A stretch of DNA of 59,042 nucleotides, filler included, from Porpidia crustulata (taxonomy: Eukaryota): NCBI GenBank assembly GCA_964255105.1. It is 7 parts of 7 records of this genome, joined end to end, with 100 filler letters (N's around TTAATTAATTAA, not from the genome) between each part and the next. Parts side by side here need not be neighbours in the genome. Positions count along the whole stretch, not along the records: positions 16,950 to 25,308 come from CAXUWE010001131.1; positions 25,409 to 33,762 come from CAXUWE010001132.1; positions 33,863 to 42,200 come from CAXUWE010001133.1; 4 more parts are not named here. One strand, 5' to 3'. The position numbers and the translations under genes were made by a program. The notes under the pieces were generated by a model that worked only from the letters and a program-made list of their open reading frames with translations, was not told the DNA's origin and searched no databases. Positions 24,402 through 36,931 of this stretch are shown here, one piece after another; within the stretch, counting starts at the first letter, position 1, and the number at the start of each line of letters is the position of its first letter.

Positions 24402-25308
24402 TTTCTACGATTTTGTGGGCTCAACATTGCGCTTCCTTTTGTGGCAGTCATCCCCCGACAGGAAGCCTACTATGAGTATTTGGCATCGATTTGAATCCAG
24501 TCTTCTGTCGCCGTCTTCTGACTCAAACGATTGCGAGTTTTCAGAAGTCTCACAACATCTTATTCATATGAAAGGATATCATAAATTTCTAAGGGAGCGT
24601 CTTTGTAATCTATATTTTTTAATTTTAAAACCCTAGCCATAGAGCCTATTATCACAAGGGGAAGCGAAGACAAAATTATTCAGCGAGTGCATCTAGGACA
24701 GCCAAGACTCGCCGCGAAGTTTTACTGGGAGCGCGCAGGGAGGTCAAGCCATACCGTTGCTAGACCATCCCTGGAACATATCCAGTTCGACGCTGTGTTT
24801 TCATTGGTTCTTTCTGCCTTTTCCGCTGTTTAACATTTCTGTGGGCTCGTTGAGCCGGGAAAGCACACTCTAAACCCGAAATCTTACCATAGCCCCTCAC
24901 GGTCATGAAAGCAACGCCAGATAACCCAGCCGTCCGACATGGCAATTCAAACATGTGTAACAAAGACTCTGGGAAGATGCCATATAACTCTGGTTACAAT
25001 CGAAAATACTTTAGTCGATGAATTAGAGAGGAGAAGACAGACGGAGAAATCGAGCGAACACCCGCGTGCACTGGATTCGCAAAAAATTGAGACGCGTAGA
25101 AGATTGAAAACCGTCTTACACATAATTTGGGTGGGAAGACGCACGGGCGATATAGGTCGAGAACAGGAAAAACCAAGTCTTTTAGGCAACGATTAGACCG
25201 ACGTAAAGAAAAAACTCATCAGAAGACTGCTCCTATTATCATGCAAAACGACACCAACCTTCCAACACAAAAGTCTCTTTCTAACATCCCCCCCCCCAAA
25301 TCTCAAAC

Positions 25309-25408
25309 NNNNNNNNNNNNNNNNNNNNNNNNNNNNNNNNNNNNNNNNNNNNTTAATTAATTAANNNNNNNNNNNNNNNNNNNNNNNNNNNNNNNNNNNN
25401 NNNNNNNN
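25309..25408. other. Artificial contig linker
   Basis: N run with central TTAATTAATTAA. Confidence 0.99.
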
Positions 25409-25549
25409 CGCGCATCCCGCGTAGCCTGTGTCCTGGGCTAGTGTCCCTAGCCTGGGGCTAATAACGGGTCTGATGGGTGAAATCTCTGAACTATCATTTT
25501 TTTCTTCATCCACGTGCTAGGCACTTAGGCACTCAGGCGCGTCAGGGTG

Positions 25550-25638
25550 TCAGGCTAGTTTTTAACGTCTGGACACAAAAAGATTGATTTTAGGCTTCAA
25601 TTCTCGCTTCCGTGTCCGAAGACTAAAAACTAGCCTGA
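25550..25638. repeat. Inverted repeat (MITE-like or transposon-end-like)
   Basis: TCAGGCTAGTTTTTA (25550-25564) is the exact reverse complement of TAAAAACTAGCCTGA (25624-25638). Inner GGACAC (25571-25576) pairs with GTGTCC (25612-25617). Confidence 0.8.
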
Positions 25639-25713
25639 ATATAAGAGAAGACGGCGCTTTACCAAATAGAGCCTTCCTATTGCTACCTGGGGATGTCATG
25701 CAACTGAGACCCA

Positions 25714-26713
25714 TTATTTGATTAGCAATTGAAGTCTCGCAATCATCATGCCAGGTGCAATAACGCTTACCGCAAAACGGCTGAACAGCTCAAACTCCAT
25801 TCGTTCCGCGGCTTTTGGGCCTTCACGTATTTCACCTAGCATATCCGAGCCAGGCGGGAAATCTATTTCGAAACTTGGCTCTCCAGCACCTCTCATATTT
25901 GTCAACACAGCTTGTCGAAAATGCCATCGAAGAAGTTCATCAGGGGGCCTTTCAGGATCATTGCGGAACCTCTCATCAAGAATTTTGCCTCCGATATTTC
26001 TTCCATCGTGTGAAAAGTTAAAAACTTTGTAATTATCCTGCTAATATCAGTAGCTGAAAATTTACAAGATAGCGTCTGCAGAATCATACGTCAGGATTAA
26101 TTGAAATATCATAAAGATCAAAGAGTTCATGAATATCTGTTCTTAACAACAGCCCGTTTTGCTTCGAGTTAATGTTATCTCCATTAGAAGCCGGAATAGT
26201 AATCCAGCGAGGGAAGTTTTGCTGGGTCCAATGTCCTTGATATGCAAGGGGAAATATATGCGTAGCCTGGAATCCTCTCCAATAGTCGTATTGAGCTCCT
26301 TGTGCTATTTGGCCTGTAATAAGACATCTACCGTCTCGTCTCCGAACTTCGTCGCGGAATGATTTGAGTCGACTACCTGAGGATAATGACACCGTTCGCG
26401 TAGGACAAGGCTCATTACTGACTGTAAATGACCCTGTAGACTATGAATCAATCGCTCATATTAAAATTAGAGCCCAAAGCCTACCGAAAATGTAATACTT
26501 CCCGTCGACTAATGGCTCTTCGTTCCTCTACAATTGAGCGGCGGCCTCATTCTCGATATAGAAGGATGAGGCGAAGAGAAGCCAAATTTCTACCATCGAA
26601 TAAAGATTCGACTTGGTAATACCATTGTTTAGTATTAGACCACCGAGTAGCTTTGAACGGTCTTTGGCATCATATGAGTGGACATTAAGTCCGAGTGATC
26701 TATCAGCCATCAT
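25714..26713 (-). pseudogene. Fungal HNH endonuclease-domain gene with one in-frame stop
   Basis: Three exons; FRDEVRRRDGRCLITG, QATHIFPL, NGLLLRTDIHELFD, RWHFRQAVLTNMRGAG. Exon 1 reads CAA TTG TAG AGG AAC GAA (stop at 26528-26530) and then continues RNEEPLVDGKYYIF to a GTAGGC donor. Confidence 0.8.
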
Positions 26714-27127
26714 GAAGATATGGAAGTTGTAATCCGTGAGTGAGGTGAGTAAAGATACTATTTCTCGTTCTCATCCCTCAATGGAATAACTAGTGAGAAT
26801 AGCCCCAACCCTAGGTCTGCCGTTCCGTTGAGGGGTGAATACGAGTACGCGAAAACGATCGCCGCGCCAATTTCCGCTTACTCATTCTTAGTGCCAACCT
26901 TAGCGGACTTACCCATGTTGCCTTAATCACAGCTGATCTTGAACGGCCTCCCACTTTGACTTCCAAAGATAGGTCAGTCCGTGGACTTTGTACATTAACA
27001 GGGACAGCGCTTCATCCGAACGCCTGCACGATGACGGAATACCCTTGAATCTCCAGCTTCAATACCGCTGAAAGACCCCATTACCTAAACCTCACCAACG
27101 CGCCTGTCTTAAGCCCCCTATGCAGTA

Positions 27128-30100
27128 ATGGCGCCCTTGACCCCTCCGACTCGACGATCATCAAATCCGCGCATTAGGACCCAGCGCAGATTGCACCTAC
27201 ATGCCTCTTCATTTGATGGTGACGCGGCTTCGGAGCCCTCTCGTAAAAGACGAAAATATGTACCAGGGGGTCCTGGTGGTGGAGGAAGGTACGTGGACGA
27301 CGATGGCACAGAAATACCAGTGGGTGGCACAGGCCCTGGGGGATATAACTATGTCGGGCCAAGAGGTAGGATAGGACGTGAGAATGCCGCCAATGGGCTC
27401 CAACCCATCGTTTATACACGCCCGCGTAGAGAACCCAGTCGTCGGGAAAGGGTTCCGGCGAGGCCGCGATTCAGTTCTGCGGCCGCCGCTGCCGCCGCTG
27501 TGGTTCAAGGCGACGGTTTCAAGCCTAGAGAAGAAAGAAGCTGGGAGGAATTTCACCAGGACCTGAACATTGAGATGAAATTCCCTATCTTCAGTGCCGA
27601 TGAAGTCGATGGGGTGCAGAGGATGGATTCTACACCCTCAGTGGAGATACATACTGACAGAAGTCCCACTGCCGAGAATTACGTGAACATGCACATAAAC
27701 CAAAGTGCCTTGCAACGCAAAGAATCAGAAGAGGGTGAAGATATCCTGGGAACTCCACCAAAGAAAGGAGTGGTAGATCATAGTACCTCGACATCTCTGA
27801 AACGACGTCCTGGACGACCGCCACGCCGGACTGATTCAATACTCAAGGGGATTGGCACACCTGACGTACCTAAGGTCATCCCTCTGCCGGGTCCAAATCC
27901 ACGAGAAAAGCTCACCTTGCCTAAACCGTTGTTTCGCTTGGTGGATCCGTTTGTCGCATACGAACAGAAAGGAGTTGAACAATTAAATTACGTGGACCGA
28001 ACAATGGCCAATGTTGGTTACCAGGAAAGCGATATCTATATCCGTCCAGAAAAGATGTTGATTCGCGTAACTGAGGGCACAATTGAAGAGGACTTAGACA
28101 TTGCTTCGGGCGCAAAAATGGATGGTGAGGGCAATGCAGCCATTGGCGGTAGTGGGGTGGGTCGAGTGGAGTATGATATGGACGAACAAGACAACAAGTG
28201 GCTCGAAGAATATAATGCCCAAAGGAAAGCCGAGCAGATTGAGCCTATTAAGCCCGCTGTGTTCGAGATAACAATGACCAAGATCGAAAAAGAATGGCAT
28301 GCCCTTGAGAAGAGGATACCAAAGCCTAATCCCAAACCCCCGCAAACACATCGCCCACGATCAAGTTCTGCAGCAGCCGTGAATGGTGAGCTCGCTGCTC
28401 CTGGCGAAGAACAGGACAGTAAGTGCGCCATCTGCGATGATGGAGACTGTGAGAACACCAACGCCATTGTGTTTTGTGATGGTTGTGATCTCGCGGTGCA
28501 CCAAGAATGCTATGGGGTACCATTCATCCCAGAAGGACAGTGGCTATGTCGCAAGTGCCAGCTTATTGGTCGAGGAACACCGACTTGTATATTCTGTCCA
28601 AATACGGATGGTGCCTTCAAACAAACCAACGCCTCGAGATGGTCTCACCTGCTTTGTGCAATCTGGATACCGGAAGTATCTTTAGGCAATAACACGTTCA
28701 TGGAACCGGTGATGGAAGTAGAGAAAGTACCTAAGCAGAGATGGAAATTAACTTGCTACATCTGTCGCCAGAAAATGGGTGCCTGCATCCAGTGTGGAAA
28801 TAAAAACTGTTTTGTGGCTTTTCATGTCACATGTGCCAGACGGGCTAAATTGTTCCTCAAGATGAAATCTACTCATGGAGGGCCGTCAAGCTTGGATGCT
28901 AGCGTACTTAAAGCGTATTGTGACAAGCACGTTTCAGCGGATTGGCGTAGGGACAACGATGTCGATGCTGCAACATCCGACGCCATCGAATATTATCACT
29001 ACACAATGCGCGGCAGATTATGGGCAGATAGCCAACAGGCAGCCCTGACGATGAATGCAACACACTCTCACGAAGCCGTAGCTCCCGAGCCGACCGGAGA
29101 AGGTACACATTCTAGAATGGACCTCCTTACGAGCGTCAACAAACGCAAACGTAGCCAAACACCAAAATCAATATGGCGACTGCCCTCAGGAGCACCAGTA
29201 ATACCGCTTGCTGTGTATAATTCCGTCGAAACTTCACTTCAAAGATTTACCATGCGTAGGCGTAAGGAGTATGCTGCGGAAGCCTGCAAATATTGGACGC
29301 TCAAGCGAGAGGCCCGACGAGGAGCGGCTTTGCTGAAACGACTACAGCTACAAATGGAGACGTTCTCCTCAATGGAGATCACACGTCGCAATTTTGTAGG
29401 CATGGGAGCAGCGGGTAGGGTTCGACTACAGCGCCGTATCGACTTCGCGGAAAAGCTTCAACACGACGTTGATAATCTACGACTGTTATGTGAACTTATC
29501 AAAAAGAGAGAGCAAGAGAAGCTCAAAGATGCAGAGATGCTGAAGGACATTGTTGATACTGTCTATTTTCCAATCGCACCTCTCCTGTGGCCGATACTTG
29601 AAAAGGCTCAGGGGTAAATTCTTATCCCGTACATCCACGTTGCAATCTCATAGCTAACATACAATCGTAGTCTCGACGGCCGGGGTACTTTCCAAGAGGG
29701 CTTTGCCAGGATTAGGGAGAAGCTTATCGATCGCTTCTACACTTCGGTCTCCACTTTCTCCACTGACTTTGGTGCTGTCATAAGTACTGTTGTTGGGCTC
29801 CCAGTCGCGGCTGATACGGCCGGTGTCCAAGCCCATATTAATGGCGAGGCCTTATCGAAAGACCTTACATCCGAGTACAAGGAGAAGAAAAAGCTAGCAA
29901 AAAGAATCATCAAGGCCGTGCAAGGATCACTTGAGGATGCAATGCGAAAAGAGAGCGAGATCTGCCAAAAGCCGTTTGAGAAAGAATTACATGCTTTAGA
30001 TCTTCTTCTTGAGAACAGTCTATTCTCTAGACGCGATTCTTTGAACGGTTCGGCAGTGGCCGATGTCAGCGATGCTGAGGACGAGCTGACCACATCTGTT

Positions 30101-30781
30101 CAAAACGGCTGCCACAGCAGCGCGGAATCGGGTATTGAAGAAGCTCTTCGAGACGAGGTTTCCACTAGTGGATGTGGGGAACAAAAGATAAATGGCATTC
30201 CTTTAGGCGAGATCGATTCAATTTCGGCAATTCTCAACTCGACCTCCAGACATCCTCAAACAGCGGATTTAGGCTCGACACACGAAAGCGGTATCGATCC
30301 AGTCTCCGTCCAGCAATCAGCGGCCCATCAACATCCTACGCCAGAAGATCTTACCAATACCCCTCCAGGATTACATGACTTAGGCCATCCCACTCAAAAG
30401 CTCAGTGGCGCAATCCATGACACTGTCTCACACAAGGCCATCGGAGCCATCCGTGATGTAGAGCCACCAACGCCTCCTTTGAGCTCTGGAGGCGATATAC
30501 AGCCACTATCGAATGGCGGGATCCCGTGGTACATGGATCCCTTTGATCCAGACGGTACAACTATTGAAGAGGAGCGTTGGACGGGTCGAGAGCTGGTGCG
30601 AGGCATGAGCGAAGAGCTCAGTGACATGGACGAAGAGGAACTGTCAGGATTAGTAGACGGCGACGTGGCAGACACTGCGCAAAATTCAGGAATTGTGACT
30701 TTGAATCCTGAAAACGCAGGGGTAGTAGCTTCTCGCCGTAAAGCGGCTGCGAAGCGTAAAAGGTGGCGTGGCTATCGATGA
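27128..30781 (+). CDS. NTO1: NuA3 histone acetyltransferase complex subunit (EPc-N + PHD + zinc knuckle-PHD), one intron near 29614-29670
   Basis: EYDMDEQD, PHD CAICDDGDCENTNAIVFCDGCDLAVHQECYG, second PHD CYICRQKMGACIQC..FHVTCA, YWTLKREARRGAALL. Confidence 0.93.
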
Positions 30782-31179
30782 TCGAGAATTTCTTAGGACA
30801 AGCTGGTGCATTGTATCACAAGGTTGAGGGATGCAAAGATCTTCAGGGGGATCATGTACTATTACAAATTCTGAGGCAAATTCTACTACGATAGTTGTGT
30901 AATGCTCCGACCATGAAGTACTGTGAGTACGTGGTTACATTGAAAGGGGGACTATCTGGCTCACGTGACAACCTGTCAAGGCTTAGCGTCAAATAAGCTT
31001 GCCTCGTCGCAAGAAATTCACGTTACGCTGTTAACTTCACAACATTATCAGCCTCACCTTGCCTTGTCTACTATCCAAAGCTCCTTTGACATCTCCTCAT
31101 CCTTCTAGTTCTCCGACCTACTCACAACTACCTCACAACGAATTAACAATTCCATCTTGATCCCTGCGATATTCCTATC

Positions 31180-32291
31180 ATGGCTACCATGGACTACGAA
31201 ACTGAAAATGGTCGCTATGAAGGTAAGCATTCCTTTATACACAATCACTGACTTCGCTACATCATCTTTCGACTGGTTCATTCTGCGGCCGCACAAGCTG
31301 ACAGTAACCACACGTAGAGGAGCAACGCTACGACCGTGATCGCAGTGCTTCGCCTCGCCCATCAAAACGCGAGGATGACTACCCAGCGAAGCGCGAAGAT
31401 AGCTACCGTGGTGGGCGCGATAGGAGTGCCTCACCAAACGGGCGTGTGGATTCTCGGTAAGCTGATCAATAGTTATACAATTTGAAGATCTCTACTGAAT
31501 CCTCATGCAGTGGCCCTCCTGCCGACAATCGTGGTCACGATGATCGTGAGGCAGCTGCGCGTAATCCTGGCTCTAACCTTTTTGTCACTGGCATTCATCC
31601 ACGCCTTTCAGAAGGGGAGGTCTCCCGTCTATTTGAGAAATATGGTGACGTCGAAGGTTGTTCGATCATGAAGGATCCTCATACTCAAGAGTCTCGTGGC
31701 TTCGGGTTCGTCAAAATGGTCACTGCCGAACAGGCTGATGCTGCCAAAGAAGGGCTTCAGGGTGAGAACATCGAAGGCCGTACTCTCAGCATTGAGAAAG
31801 CTAGACGAGCCCGTCCAAGAACACCAACACCTGGCAAATACTTTGGTCCACCAAAGCGAGGTCAGTACCTTCTTTATCGAGCCCCTAAATTACTGAATTT
31901 CTTATTAGAGGACGAATTTCGTGGCCCGCCCCGTGGAGGTCGTTTCGATCGGTATGATGATCGTCGTGGTGGTTACGGTGGAGGTGGTCGTTACGAGGAT
32001 AGCTATCGTGGATCTTCACGTTACGATGACCGTGAGCGTCGTTCTTATGGGCGTCGTGATGACTATGGCTCTCGTGGTATCGATCGTTATGCTTCTTCTG
32101 GTCGTGACGATCGCTACACCAGCCGTGGAGATGATCGTCGCGGTGGTTACGAGTCTTACGGCCGAGATGGTGGCCGATCCAGCCATAACGCGGCTTACGG
32201 AGAGTCTGCGCCTTCCAGGGAGACTCGAGATCCCTACGGTGGAGGTAGAACCCAGAACGACCATTCTAACGATAGGTACTCTCGTCGATAA
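31180..32291 (+). CDS. SR-like (Tra2-type) RRM RNA-binding protein, multi-exon
   Basis: RNP2 NLFVTGI, RNP1 SRGFGFV, ARPRTPTPGKYFG, RGG/RD/RY-rich tail. First exon MATMDYETENGRYE followed by a GTAAGC donor. Confidence 0.88.
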
Positions 32292-33762
32292 GTTGCGGTC
32301 TGCTAATCTACTCAGGTGCGGAGCGCTCTGCGAAATAATGCGCCCCTGAACCTGCCAGGTCCTACAGGACCCAGCATCGCCATCGCTGACGCTTTATTGA
32401 CGGCGGATCAGCTTAGTAGTGGGGATTTTTCTACTCAAATCAAAAGTGTCAGCTTTTTCATTTTTCTGCGGCTCGGCAAGGCTAGGATGGATCGCACAGT
32501 CAACTTTCAGCTTGGTCGAACGTTCTATGCTGGCTTGTGTAGCTCAGCAGCCGTCGACCTATCTGCGGGCTTTCTTTTCATCATCGGTTGTCAGGTTCGA
32601 TTTCGGCACCTGGCGCGTCGAGGCAACTTGCTACACACGTCTCCCAGGGGCCGGCCTTATCAGCTTGCTCATTGACTGTAATACTATCGCCCATCAACTT
32701 CGCTTTATTCGGCTACATCTTCTCAAAGTAACCAGACGCGAGCACTATTTCGATCGATGCTACGATTCTTCAATACCACTGCAGAAGTCGCTCCACAATG
32801 ATCTCGCCTTGCTATATATCGTAGATACCACCAAATTCTTACGCAGCTATTCTCGCCAAGTTTTCACAGTAAATCGAACGGCAGTGGTACAGTACCGTGC
32901 CTGACTCAGAAACCTCAATATAATTAGCCAAACCCCGTCTCAAATCCACAGATTACTCTACGAGTTTCCAAGAGTAAGTTGTTTGCGATCTGGAGGCGAA
33001 GTATGCTTCAGAAGGGGATTCTAATGACACTTGTTTGGCTAGATAAGACTGGAATGTGGTGCCATGGTATCAGGAGCTCTACTTGATGACTACTGTTTTG
33101 GGACTGGCAGTATTTCCACGCCACCTGCAACAAACTGTTCAGTGACAACTGGGACACTCTCACAAATCCGTTATCCAAAGCCTCCTTTCAAAATTATCGC
33201 ATAGTTTGCAAGGCTTCCATCTTTTCCATTCATCTAGGTCGACAACGTAGATGCCACATACGACTTGGAAACCTGAAACAGCATTTCTGAGACAGTCTTT
33301 GTTAAGAAGGCCTGCTAATAGCACCTCGTTCGCACCCGTGTGCTTTTTCGCCATCCATCATCCCACGAGCACTTCACCATCACACCTCTTACACCCCATA
33401 GAGCCATCACAGTCAACTGCGATCCAAACCCGGGCAGACGACATGTTCATCTTACGAGAATATTTCGAGGTAAGTCGTTTCCTTGGTCTTGGACTATCGT
33501 CTGATTTTGGCTCTCGTGATCCTCACTCTCGTCCTCGCCTATCTCACATTTCCACGAGCTTCAATCATTTCCTCTCTCAGAGACACCAACAGTCGAGTTT
33601 CGCGCAAAGCTTTCGGTCTCCAACTGCCAAACGCTCCCCAGGAAACAAGATCGAAGCACCTATATCGCCCGAGCGACAGCAACACTGTTCTTGATTGTTA
33701 TTTCCTTGAAAAGCACACCACGCTTGCCATCGCCGTCTTCTCCCTCCCCATCTTCCCACGTC

Positions 33763-33862
33763 NNNNNNNNNNNNNNNNNNNNNNNNNNNNNNNNNNNNNN
33801 NNNNNNTTAATTAATTAANNNNNNNNNNNNNNNNNNNNNNNNNNNNNNNNNNNNNNNNNNNN
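33763..33862. other. Artificial contig linker
   Basis: N run with central TTAATTAATTAA. Confidence 0.99.
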
Positions 33863-34521
33863 GATGAGATGGAGAATGAAGCAGAGAATGAAGCAGAAAG
33901 TGAAGCAGAGAGTGAAAATGAAGATGAGCATGAGGAAAAGATCAGCAGAAGGAAAAGAACGAAAGGAACAGAGAAAGAAAATAAGGGGAAAAGAAGAGAG
34001 AAAGACAGTATCAAACGAGAAAAACGAATAACGAAAAAGATTGGAACTGCGGGCTACAATATACATACATGAACGCGTTAGGTATTCACCCCGACTGAAA
34101 AATATCCAAAGCGAGCTGACGAGGAGAGAAGCATTCTCAAAAACCTAAAGCTTGGCTGGTTCTTTGCGACGTTAAACCTTAACAAGAACCAACTGAACGA
34201 AAACAGAAAAATCAATTCTCCTGCAAAGGGGACACAAAAGCCAAGATATTTGTATTTGGATATGATGGTTGTTGCTACAGAGGCGAAGTATATACATGAA
34301 TTGACATACAAGGGGGAAACAACGCCAGGATCAAATTGTGGAGATTGTAGGTGAAAGTGCTGGTTGAGCACGCACGCCTGAAAAGCGTCTTGAGCCTTGA
34401 CTACCAATCCGGAGATACGCGGCGTTGGCGCTGTGTCACTAGCGCACACTCTGCATTGGCGGCGGCGTAGGTCCTCTATTGCCTTCTTAGAAGTGAATGA
34501 ATTTAATTTCCCGGGTATGAC

Positions 34522-35719
34522 TTACGGAATCTCATCCATACTCTTGACATGAATCTCACTGGTCCCGTTCAGCTTCCGCCGCAACGCACTACTTGCTGGG
34601 TACACGGTCCGACGCAGCCTGTTCGGCGACCCAAGCGGCTGCATGGTCTTGAGCCCCAGCCAGGGATCAACACGGAGACGGTCCTCCCAGAAAGCCTTGA
34701 GCTCGTAATTGAACGAGTCCTGCTTGGGCACCACGAGCTTGGCCACGGTTTGCCAGGGGTACTTCTCGGGATCCCAGACCTTGCCGGCGTATTCGACGGG
34801 CTGGTCGTCGAGGTTCTCGCAGAGTTGGAATTGCAGGAGGTATTCGGCGTCGTGAGTGGCGTGGAAGTTCTTGAGCCAGTTGCTGAGGATGTCCGAGTCG
34901 TGCTTGTCGGGTTTGACAGTGTCTTCGTATTGCTTTCGCTGGGTCTCGGAGGAGGGTACGAGGCAGTATTTGGCGACGTAATCGCCGAATCGGTAGGCGG
35001 TCTGCGAGTATTGCCTGGTTGACTCGAGATGAGTGTTTCGTACTGTGTCTCGGAATTTCTGCAAATCCGTATCCTTTCTTGCCTCGAGGTGTTTATACAA
35101 CTCTTTCTGATTATTCCCATACTTGATCCTTAAGTCAATAATCTCTCGCGTGGTTTTGGCATTAGCTAGATCCAAGGCTGGGGTAGAATTGAATTCAATG
35201 TCGTGGGTTGGGATGTCTCTGCCAGCTTCGAGCATCTCGCCTTCAACATTAAACACCTTCATCGCGAAGCCGCGAGGTTGTGGGATGCGATCCTGCTACC
35301 ATTTAGTCGCCTGAGAATCATGGTATTCAAGGCAGACTGACATCGAGACCGGGGTCTCCTGGCTCGCTGCTGTATCGACAAACAACAGGGTATTCTCCAC
35401 CGTGAGCGAACATGCTCTGCTTAAGGTGTTTGGGAAGGTCGTCCGACACAATCAGCTTGCCCTTGACCAAGCCCTGTGTTCGTGCATGTGTGCCTGTAGA
35501 TCTGTCAGAGCCCGCGTCTTTCGTTCCGTATGTTCGCTTACCTGAGAAGCAATGACGATGACTGTTCCACTGTGCCTTTTGAATAGCATTGATCATGTCT
35601 GCAACGGCCTGAATATCCTCTTGCTCATTCTCCGGGATTTGTTCGACACCCTCGTCGAAGCGAATGTACTTCCTATCGGCCAGCGCAGTCGGCTTCTCTG
35701 AACGGTTGGAGATATTCAT
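34522..35719 (-). CDS. Small heme catalase-like protein, multi-exon
   Basis: Distal His GTHARTQG, RYSSEPG..PRGFAMKV, YSQTAYRFGDYVAKY, PLGSPNRLRRTVY (proximal Tyr). Confidence 0.88.
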
Positions 35720-36931
35720 AACGTAGTAAAGTCGTCTATGGGCGATTGCCTTTGGAGAGAATAATGGCGGAGTTGGGGGTCCTGCCCTACCTTTAACCCA
35801 GCTCGAGGACTACCACAACTTTATCCCAGGGAGGGGTATTCTTAGTCCATTTGTGGGAAGGCAAGCCAATAGTCATGGCGATCAGACAGATCAAGAACGG
35901 CGTTTAGACTTGGAGACCCGGACGGCAAGATCTAGACGACCATGGGGGATGCGGGGCCCCGCACTGGGATACTTATGACCCGATGGACTTGCAGGTGATG
36001 CTGGAAATCGGGGCTGGTGGTTTTACTTGGAATTGATTCTACGGGTCTTAGATGGCATGGAAGATTTCGGGTGAAGGGGCACGAGGGGCTTCATAGACTA
36101 TCTAAGAGAGGAGAAAAGTAGAGGAAGAGAAGATGCGGGCAGAAATAATACGGAGATCGACAATGATAGGAGAATGCTACTTTATACGGTTATCAGATCG
36201 TTTCACTTTCACATTTACAATTTACAACTTCCCACTGCAATGTTCTCTAGTTTGACCTAACAAGGCTCGTGTCTCGTGAGGTTCACGAGAGCAGAAGTTC
36301 TAACAATCCCCTGACGCATCTCATTGTGGCTCGCTTTGGGATGTTCAGCAGTGCCACCTGGCACGATGGTGCTTAAGAGGCTTAACAAGGATTTTCAAAT
36401 TCACCCACACGAACCGATATCGATCTTTGCGCTCTTCGCTGGACACATCGGGCCAGCTGTAAATCTGTGTCTGGCCCGCAGCACAAAGAGAGATCACACG
36501 TCTCATATGAAATATCGGGGAAGCTTGCCAGCTTGTAGGACCTCCTGTCCGTACCCGATATGCAAGCTTATCAGATCAAATGTGGTACCATCGCTGAAGT
36601 TTGTTCCTTTGTTATAGCTCAATCGCTCAATCGCTCATCAACTTTGAGAGTCAAGAGAGAGCGGAGTTTCCTCTGCCCTCGGCTTTCTTCTAATTACTTA
36701 TGACTTCATGAATTTGCGTGCATTTCTCTACTTCCTTAAACGTTCTAGTCAAACTCTCTGTCACACTCGGCTGAAGTTGTGGCATCCTGATAATTGCCCG
36801 AGCATCAATGGAGCTGCTACCCCTGGACGACGGTGATGAGGAACTAAGTCTCATGTACTCAGTCAGCGGGAACAATTGCACATTGGGATCAAAGTCAATG
36901 CTGGACCCATCTTGTCTAGGATAAGCGCTTA

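Noticed and set aside
33863..34072. E/K-rich ORF with 12-bp GAGAATGAAGCA-like repeats
   Set aside because: Low-complexity fragment at a contig edge; cannot be assigned.
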